From positions 3,060,001 through 3,092,000 of the forward strand of contig NC_017080.1 of the NCBI RefSeq assembly GCF_000284115.1: a DNA stretch of 32,000 bases, in the 5' to 3' direction. Under the pieces are notes generated by a model, which saw only the letters and a list, made by a program, of their open reading frames with translations, did no database searches and was not told the DNA's origin. The stretch comes from Phycisphaera mikurensis NBRC 102666. Lineage in GTDB: Bacteria; Planctomycetota; Phycisphaerae; Phycisphaerales; Phycisphaeraceae. The translations under genes were made by a program, and so were the position numbers. Shown here one piece after another: positions 25,871 through 32,000 of this stretch (position 1 is the stretch's first letter; every line of letters begins with the position of its first letter).

Positions 25871-26765
25871 TCTCCGCGAGGCGGCGGTGCGGGGGCACGC
25901 ACGCGGCACCGCGTTGTCGCTCGCGCCGCCCGCCCGCACGCCCGCCGGCGCCGCCGGCGAGCGGCTCGGCGGGCGGGTCGGCAGCAGCGTGGAGTTCATG
26001 GACTTCCGCGCCTACGCCCCCGGCGACGACCTGCGCCGGCTGGACTGGGCCGCCTACGCCCGCACCGACCGGCTGATCACGCGGCTGTACCGCGAGGAGG
26101 TCACGCCGCACTGCGACCTGCTCGTGGACGCGACCGCGTCGATGGACCTGCCCGACGCGCCCAAGGCCGCGGCGGTGATGCGGGTGGCCGGGCTGCTCGC
26201 GGGCGCCGCCGAGGCATCGCGGTGGAGCACGCGGCTGTTCGCGCTGGACGCTCCGGCGGAGGGGCCGGTGGGCCGGGAGGTCCCCGGCGGGAACGCGGGC
26301 CTGGAGGCCTGGGACTGGCCGGGCTTCGCGGAGTCCGCGGACCGTGGGCCTGGTGAGGCCAAAACGCCGACGGTCCGCGGCCCGCTCCGCCTCAAGCGGC
26401 AGGCGCTGCGGATCGTCGTCAGCGACCTGCTCTTCGAGGCGGATCCCGAGGCGGTCGCCGCCCGCTTCGCCGACGGCGCCGCGGGGCTCACCGTGGTCCA
26501 GCTGCTCTGCGAGCGCGACGCCGACCCCGGCGGCGACGGCTTCTCCGGCGACGTCCGCCTGGTGGACGCCGAGGCCGGGCTGCTGCGCGAGGCCCGCCTC
26601 GACGCCGCGGCCCTGCGGGCGTATCGCGAAGCGCTGCGGGCGCACACCGAGCGTTGGGTCGCCGCGCTCGGCCGCGTGGACGCCCGGCTGGTCACGCTGA
26701 TCGCCGAGGACGTGGTGGCCGGCGATGCGGCGAAAACGCTGATCGAGCGCGGGGTGCTGCGGTGA
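25848..26765 (+). CDS. DUF58 family protein (vWA-like fold, usual MoxR partner)
   Basis: DUF58 signature G.S.EFMDFRAYAPGDDLRRLDWAAYARTDRLITRLYREE, and a degenerate MIDAS motif LLVDATASM. Start candidates are ATG 25806, ATG 25848 and TTG 25860; all overlap the upstream gene. Confidence 0.85.
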   Translation: MGSSLRPDLREAAVRGHARGTALSLAPPARTPAGAAGERLGGRVGSSVEFMDFRAYAPGDDLRRLDWAAYARTDRLITRLYREEVTPHCDLLVDATASMDLPDAPKAAAVMRVAGLLAGAAEASRWSTRLFALDAPAEGPVGREVPGGNAGLEAWDWPGFAESADRGPGEAKTPTVRGPLRLKRQALRIVVSDLLFEADPEAVAARFADGAAGLTVVQLLCERDADPGGDGFSGDVRLVDAEAGLLREARLDAAALRAYREALRAHTERWVAALGRVDARLVTLIAEDVVAGDAAKTLIERGVLR

Positions 26766-26793
26766 AGCGTGCGAAAGGAGCAGGTCGGCCTCC

Positions 26794-28749
26794 GTGCTGA
26801 TGGGCCTCCCCCTTGCGCTCGCGGGCCTGGTCGCGTTGCCGATCCTCGGCGGCATCTACCTGCTGCGCACGCGGTACCGCCGACAGGTGGTCTCGGCGCT
26901 GTTCCTCTGGCAGGCGGTCGCGCAGGCCTCCGGCGGCGGGCGGAAGCGCTCGCGGATGCAGGCCAGCTGGCCGCTGCTGCTGGAGCTGCTGGCGCTGCTG
27001 CTGCTCGTGCTCGCCGCGGCGGGGCCGCGGGTGCTGGCGGCCGGGCAGCGGGTGCCGGTGGTGCTGGTGCTCGATGATTCCTTCTCCATGGCGGCCACCG
27101 CCGACGGCGTCTCCGCCCGCGACCGCGGGCTCGCCGCGGTGCGGGACGAGCTCGCCGGGCTCGGCCGCTTCAGCGTCGCGGCCGTCGTCGCCGGCCCGGT
27201 GCCCGCCCGGCTCGCCGCCTCCGCGCGCGACGCCGCGGGCGTCGAGGAGGCGCTCGCCGCCTGGCAACCCGACGCCGCGGCCGCCGACCTGGACGCCGGG
27301 ATCGCGCTCGCTCGCGAGACCGGCGGGCCCGACGCCCGGCTGCTCGTGGTCACCGACCGGCCGCGGACGGTGGACGAAAACGGGCCCGAGGCCGCGCCGT
27401 CCGCGGATCCCGACGCCGTGCGGTGGCTCGCGGTCGGCGAGGCCGCGGGCAACGCGGCGGTGACGCTGGCGGTGCGGTCCGCCGACGGCGCCGCGGCGGA
27501 CACGCTGCTCGCGGAGGTGACGCGGACGGCGCCCGACCCAGCCGCGCCGGCGCGGCCGGTGCGGGTGGCCGTGGAGGTGGAGGTGCCGGGCGCAGGATCC
27601 GACGATCCGCCCGCGGGGTGGAACGTGTACCGCGCGTCGAGCGTGGAGATGAGCCCCGGCCAGACCGAACGGTTCCGCGTGGAGCTGCCGGCCTCCGCCG
27701 CCGGCCGGGCCGTCCGCGTGCGGTTGGCGATGGCCGGCGACCCGCTCGAAGCCGACGACGCGGCGGTGCTCGCCCCGGGCCGGCGGCCGGCGGTGGTGGC
27801 GGCGTCGGTCGTCGCCGACCCGCGGCTGGCCCGGGCCGCCGACGCCGCGCTCGCCGCGGCGGGCACGCAAAGGGTGCCGCCGTCGGAAGCGGAGCTCGTC
27901 GTCGCCAACTCGGCCGTGCCCGCCCCGCCGGGAGCCTGGCGGCTGATGATCGACACACCGGCCGCCGACGCGGCGACCGAGTCCTTCCTCGGGCCGTTCC
28001 TCCTCGACGAGGCCTCGCCGCTCGCCGACGGCCTGTCGCTGGGCGGGCTCGTGTGGACCGCGGCGACCGATGCGACGCTCCCCGGCCGGCCGCTGGCGAC
28101 CGCGGGCTTCACGCCGCTGGTGAGCCTCGAGGGCGACGCCTCGGCGGAGGCGCCGGTCGGCTCCGCCGTCACCGCGCGGGTGAACCTCGACGCCGCCCGC
28201 TCCACGGTGCTCGGCGCCGCCGCGTGGCCGGTGCTCGTGGACAACCTCGTCCGCGCCCGCCGCGCCGCCCGCCCCGGCGTGGCTCCCGCGAACGCGCCCG
28301 TGGGCGTCGCCGTCGCGCTCCGCAGCGGGCCGCCGCCGGTGGATCCGGCCGCCGATCCCGAGGCCGAGCTTCCGGAGCCCGCCGCCTCGATCCGCCGGCT
28401 CACCGACGCCACGGGGAGCGCCGCCGCCGGCGAGGCCGTCCCGCTCCCGCTCCCCGCGGGCGTCGGCTCCTTCGCCCCGGATGCCCCGGGCCTCTACGCC
28501 GCCGTTCTGCCCGACGGCACCGACGCCCGCTTCGCCGTCACCCGCACCTCCGCTGCCGAGAGCGATCTCTCCGCCGCCGCGACCGCCTCCGCCGGCACGC
28601 TGCAGCCCGACGCGGCCGAGGCCGCGGAGTACCGCGGCCTCGCTTGGGCGCTGGGCCTGGCGGCCCTGCTGGTGCTCGGGCTGGAGGCCTGGCTGGTGTA
28701 CGGCGGGAGCGCGGCGGCGACGCGACCGCCGGAGGGCGTGCCCGCGTGA
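26794..28749 (+). CDS. BatA_N (double-TM aerotolerance-regulator N-terminal) plus vWA domain protein with a C-terminal TM anchor (651 aa)
   Basis: AAGGAG lies at 26775-26780, upstream of the GTG at 26794. The N-terminus LPLALAGLVALPILGGIYLLRTR....LFLW is BatA_N-like. The MIDAS motif is VLVLDDSFSM. The C-terminal TM is GLAWALGLAALLVLGLEAWLVYG. Confidence 0.8.
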   Translation: MLMGLPLALAGLVALPILGGIYLLRTRYRRQVVSALFLWQAVAQASGGGRKRSRMQASWPLLLELLALLLLVLAAAGPRVLAAGQRVPVVLVLDDSFSMAATADGVSARDRGLAAVRDELAGLGRFSVAAVVAGPVPARLAASARDAAGVEEALAAWQPDAAAADLDAGIALARETGGPDARLLVVTDRPRTVDENGPEAAPSADPDAVRWLAVGEAAGNAAVTLAVRSADGAAADTLLAEVTRTAPDPAAPARPVRVAVEVEVPGAGSDDPPAGWNVYRASSVEMSPGQTERFRVELPASAAGRAVRVRLAMAGDPLEADDAAVLAPGRRPAVVAASVVADPRLARAADAALAAAGTQRVPPSEAELVVANSAVPAPPGAWRLMIDTPAADAATESFLGPFLLDEASPLADGLSLGGLVWTAATDATLPGRPLATAGFTPLVSLEGDASAEAPVGSAVTARVNLDAARSTVLGAAAWPVLVDNLVRARRAARPGVAPANAPVGVAVALRSGPPPVDPAADPEAELPEPAASIRRLTDATGSAAAGEAVPLPLPAGVGSFAPDAPGLYAAVLPDGTDARFAVTRTSAAESDLSAAATASAGTLQPDAAEAAEYRGLAWALGLAALLVLGLEAWLVYGGSAAATRPPEGVPA

Positions 28750-31535
28750 CGCTGCTCTCCCCCGCCTGGCTTCTGCTGCTCCTCCCCGCGGCGGCGGCGT
28801 GGTGGTTCCTCCGCCCCGCGGCGACGCTCCCGCGGGTGCTGCGGGCGGTCCTGCTCACGCTCATCGTCCTCGCGATGGCGGCGCCCGCGATCCGGCTCGA
28901 CGAGAAGTCCGGCACCGTCGTCGTGCTCGCCGACCGCAGCGCCTCCATGCCCGCCGACGCCGAGCGAGCCCAGCTGGAGGCGGCGACGCTGCTCGCGGAC
29001 GGGCTGGACCCCGACCGTCACAGGCTCGCGGTGATCGCCTTCGGGCGAGGCGTTGCCGTCGAAACGCCGCCCTCCGCCGCCGCGCCCGAGGCGTTCACGC
29101 AGGAGGTCGGGCCGGGTGCGTCAGGCCTTGCCGCCGCGCTCGATCGGGCGGCCGCGCTGCTGCCAGCCGACGCCCCCGGTCGGGTGCTCGTGCTGTCGGA
29201 CGGCCGCTTCACCGGGGCCGATCCCGGACCGGCCGCCGCCGCACTCGGCCAGCGCGGCGTTGCCGTGGACGTCCGCGAGATCTCCCGCCCCGCCACCGGC
29301 GACGCGGCGGTGCTGCGCGTCGGGGCGCCCGCTTCGGTCAGCCCGGGCGAGGCATTCGGCGTGTCCGCCTGGGTGTCGACGCCCGCCGCGGGATCCTTCG
29401 GCTACGAGCTGGTCCGCGGCGGGAACGTCGTCGCCCGCGGCGAGCGCGAGCTGCCCGCCGGCGTCTCCCGCCTCCGCTTCCGCGACCGCCTGACCGAGCC
29501 GGGCGCCGCCGGCTACGAGCTGCGGCTGACCGCGGCGGGCGGAACCGCCGACCCGGTCGCCGAGAACAACCGCGCCCGCTTCGTCGTCGGCGTCGCCGGC
29601 CCGCGGCCGCTGCTGCTCGTGACGGAGACGCCCGGCGGTGGCCTCGCGACGCTGCTCCGCGACGCCGGCCTCGACGTGACCGCGGTCGCGCCCGAGGAGC
29701 TCGAAGCCGGCGCGATCCAGCTCGCCAGCGCCTCGGGCGTGATCCTCGAGAACGTCGCCGCCGCCGACGTGCCCGCCGGCTGGACCGACGACCTCGCCGG
29801 CCTCGTCGAGGACACCGGCACCGGGCTGTGGATGACCGGCGGCAGGCAGGGCTTCGGCCCCGGCGGCTGGTTCGGCTCGGCCATCGACCCGCTGCTGCCG
29901 GTGTCGATGGAGCTGCGGCAGGAGCACCGCAAGCTCGCGCTGGCGATCGTCGTCGCGCTCGATCGCTCCGGCTCGATGTCGATGACCGTGCCCGGCGGCA
30001 AGCAGAAGATGGACCTGGCGAACCTGGGCACCGCCCAGGTGCTCGACCTGCTCTCGCCGATGGACGAGATGGGCGTGATCGCGGTGGACTCCTCCGCCCA
30101 CACGATCGCCGACCTCGCCCCGGTGAGCGACAAGGCGAAGCTACGCAACGACATCCTGCAGATCGAATCGATCGGCGGGGGCATCTTCGTGTTCCAGGCG
30201 CTGAAGGCCTCGGCGGAGATGCTCAGCGATGCCCGGGCCGGCACGCGCCACATCGTGCTCTTCGCCGACGCCGCCGATGCCGTGGAGCCCGGGGCGTACG
30301 CCGCCCTGCTCGCGCAGTGCCGGGCCGCGAACATCACCTGCAGCGTGATCGGCCTCGGCCGCGACACCGACCCCGACGCCGCCTTCCTCCGCGACGTCGC
30401 CGCTCGGGGCGGCGGGCGGATCTTCTTTACCGAGGACGCCCGCAAGCTGCCGGCCCTCTTCGCGCAGGACACCTTCGCCGTCGCCCGCTCCGCCTTCGTG
30501 GATGAGCCGACGCCGCTGGCCGCGACGGCGGCGCTCGCGCCGCTGCTGGGCGCCGCCGCCCCGCCGCCGGGCCCGCCCGCCGTCGGCGGCTTCGGGCTGA
30601 CCTACCTCCGCCCCGAGGCCACGCCTGCGATCCTGACCGCCGACGACTTCAGAGCCCCCTTCGTCGCCACCTGGTCCGCCGGCCTCGGCCGCGCCGCCGC
30701 CCTCACCGGCGAGGCCGACGGCGAGCACACCGGGAGCCTCCGCGGCTGGCCCGCCTACGGCGACCTGCTCGCCAGCCTCGCCCGCTTCACCGCCGGAGGC
30801 TCTTCGGATGCGCGCGGCGGCGCTCCACCGGTCGGCCCGCCCGGCTCCCTCGCCCGCCAGCGCGTCGACGACGGCGAACTGACCGTCGAGCTGCTGCTCG
30901 ACCCGGCGGCCGCGCCGCCCCGCGCGGAGATCTCCGCCCGCGTGGTCGTCTCCCGCCCCGGCCAGCCGCCGCGCCGGCTGCGTGTGCCGCTGCGGTACGC
31001 CGAGCCCGACCGCCTCGCCGCCACGGTCCCGCTCGCCGCCGAGGACACCGCCGTCGCCGCCGTGGACTTTGGCGACGGCACCGCCGCCCCGCTCCCGCCG
31101 GCACGCCTGCTCTACGACCCCGAGTACGCGCCCGCGCAGGAGGCCTCCCGCGGCCCCGCCACGCTCGCCGCCCTCGCCCGCGCCACCGGCGGCGTCCGCC
31201 GCGCCGACCTGGGCACCCTCTGGGACGACCTGCCCGCCGTCCCGCGGACCGTCCCGCTGGCGTGGCTCCTGTGGCTCGCGTCCGCGGCGGTGCTGCTGCT
31301 GGAGGTGCTCGAACGCCGCACCGGCTGGCTCTCCGCTCCCGCCGAAGCCCGCGGCCCCTCGGGAAGCGCCGCCGATGACGGCCGCGACGCTCCGACGCCG
31401 AAGCGGGCAACCGCCGCGAAGCCCCCAGCGGCGGCCGAAGCCGCGCCCGCAGCACCCCAGGCCCCGCTTCCATCCACCGGCCTCGGCTCCGCGTTCGACG
31501 CCGCCTCCCGCCGGGGGCGGGAGCGCATGAAGTGA
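28746..31535 (+). CDS. Large BatA_N plus double-vWA protein with a central GATase1-like/ThuA-like region and a C-terminal TM anchor (929 aa)
   Basis: The GTG at 28746 overlaps the preceding stop (GTGA). The N-terminus LLSPAWLLLLLPAAAAWWFLR is BatA_N-like. MIDAS 1 is VVVLADRSASM and MIDAS 2 is IVVALDRSGSMS. The region between them (LLLVTETPGGGLATLLRDAGLDV...GVILENV...GTGLWMTGG) resembles the putative glutamine-amidotransferase-like module seen in such proteins. The C-terminal TM is VPLAWLLWLASAAVLLLEVL. Confidence 0.8.
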   Translation: MTLLSPAWLLLLLPAAAAWWFLRPAATLPRVLRAVLLTLIVLAMAAPAIRLDEKSGTVVVLADRSASMPADAERAQLEAATLLADGLDPDRHRLAVIAFGRGVAVETPPSAAAPEAFTQEVGPGASGLAAALDRAAALLPADAPGRVLVLSDGRFTGADPGPAAAALGQRGVAVDVREISRPATGDAAVLRVGAPASVSPGEAFGVSAWVSTPAAGSFGYELVRGGNVVARGERELPAGVSRLRFRDRLTEPGAAGYELRLTAAGGTADPVAENNRARFVVGVAGPRPLLLVTETPGGGLATLLRDAGLDVTAVAPEELEAGAIQLASASGVILENVAAADVPAGWTDDLAGLVEDTGTGLWMTGGRQGFGPGGWFGSAIDPLLPVSMELRQEHRKLALAIVVALDRSGSMSMTVPGGKQKMDLANLGTAQVLDLLSPMDEMGVIAVDSSAHTIADLAPVSDKAKLRNDILQIESIGGGIFVFQALKASAEMLSDARAGTRHIVLFADAADAVEPGAYAALLAQCRAANITCSVIGLGRDTDPDAAFLRDVAARGGGRIFFTEDARKLPALFAQDTFAVARSAFVDEPTPLAATAALAPLLGAAAPPPGPPAVGGFGLTYLRPEATPAILTADDFRAPFVATWSAGLGRAAALTGEADGEHTGSLRGWPAYGDLLASLARFTAGGSSDARGGAPPVGPPGSLARQRVDDGELTVELLLDPAAAPPRAEISARVVVSRPGQPPRRLRVPLRYAEPDRLAATVPLAAEDTAVAAVDFGDGTAAPLPPARLLYDPEYAPAQEASRGPATLAALARATGGVRRADLGTLWDDLPAVPRTVPLAWLLWLASAAVLLLEVLERRTGWLSAPAEARGPSGSAADDGRDAPTPKRATAAKPPAAAEAAPAAPQAPLPSTGLGSAFDAASRRGRERMK

Positions 31536-31604
31536 GTCCGCTACGCCCAGCTCCGCCTTGGCTAAGTTGGACCCACCTCCAGCCGATGGGCGTGGACTCC
31601 CACC

Positions 31605-31859
31605 ATGACGTTCGCAAACATCCACAACGCCAAGACGCACCTCTCGAAGCTGGTGGCTGCCGCGGAGGCCGGCGAAGACGTGGTCATTGCGCGGGCGGGC
31701 AAGCCGGTCGTGCGGATGATCCCGTTCGAGAAGCCGGACACCGGGTTCGACTTCCGGGTCCCGGACCAGTTCACCGGGGAGATCTGGATGTCGGACGACT
31801 TCGATGATCCCGTCGACTTCGGGACGAACGACGATCCCGAGGATCTGGCCGAGCGATGA
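31605..31859 (+). CDS. Type II antitoxin, Phd/YefM family
   Basis: 84 aa. MTFANIHNAKTHLSKLVAAAEAGEDVVIARAGKPVVRMIPF is the canonical Phd/YefM N-terminal fold sequence. The acidic C-terminal tail (IWMSDDFDDPVD) is typical of partners of PIN toxins. Confidence 0.85.
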   Translation: MTFANIHNAKTHLSKLVAAAEAGEDVVIARAGKPVVRMIPFEKPDTGFDFRVPDQFTGEIWMSDDFDDPVDFGTNDDPEDLAER

Positions 31860-32000
31860 GCTTCGGGCTCCATCCAGAGGGCTACCTCCTCGACACGCAC
31901 GTCCTGCTGCGGTGGCAGTTCGAAAGTGCGCGTCTCCCTGAGCGGGTGAGGGAGCTGCTGCGACGCGAGGACCCTCGGATCATCGTGTCGGTCTGCTCGC
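31856..32000 (+). CDS. vapC: PIN-domain toxin (VapC family), N-terminal fragment; continues beyond the window
   Basis: ATG 31856 overlaps the antitoxin stop (ATGA). MSFGLHPEGYLLDTHVLLRWQFESARLPERVRELL contains the LLDTHVLLW-type first acidic motif of VapC toxins that pair with Phd-type antitoxins. Confidence 0.72.
   Translation, partial: MSFGLHPEGYLLDTHVLLRWQFESARLPERVRELLRREDPRIIVSVCS

Noticed and set aside
14538-28412. Series of very long minus-strand ORFs: 14538-16925, 16829-19288, 17770-18858, 19285-20475, 20349-22289, 22316-23590, 24044-25999, 25734-26855, 26692-27870 and 26856-28412
   Set aside because: All are antisense to plus-strand genes with strong motif support (atpG, LMW-PTP, FN3K, MoxR, ABC ATPase, DUF58, vWA). 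They have Arg/Pro/Gly/Ser-rich, low-complexity translations and carry no recognisable motifs. They are high-GC shadow ORFs.

Overview
This is a high-GC bacterial chromosomal window. Protein-coding parts are roughly 70-80% G+C by eye and by short hand counts. The organism is most likely from the PVC group, Planctomycetota/Phycisphaerae-like. That guess rests on the 16S sequence, the unlinked 16S gene and the MoxR/BatA-vWA gene content; I cannot verify it without a database. Contents from left to right:
- 3' end of folE2.
- An LplT-like MFS transporter fused to a PlsC-type acyltransferase.
- About 1.4 kb with no convincing gene.
- A self-contained 16S rRNA transcription unit on the minus strand. 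It has a 26-bp long-range leader/trailer helix, GNRA hairpins and an intrinsic terminator. No tRNA, 23S or 5S lies next to it.
- A CusF-like lipoprotein.
- The LPS inner-core sugar genes hldD, kdsC and kdsD.
- scpA.
- exbD with an in-frame 36-bp tandem repeat, translationally coupled to an unusually long TonB-C-domain protein.
- Two hypothetical exported proteins.
- An orphan atpG plus atpZ-like pair.
- An overlapping LMW-PTP/fructosamine-kinase pair.
- A same-strand, tightly coupled nine-gene cluster of about 13.6 kb (17931-31535).
- A lower-GC Phd/YefM-VapC toxin-antitoxin pair that runs off the window.

The nine-gene cluster is the most interesting candidate system. A MoxR AAA+ ATPase and its usual DUF58/BatA-vWA partners are split apart by an unknown 631-aa membrane protein and an ABC-2-type transporter (one ATPase and two paralogous permeases).

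Two copies of a GAAGCG-rich palindromic intergenic element are present (219-347 and 23368-23466). Many long antisense ORFs in the supplied track are high-GC shadow ORFs and were rejected.
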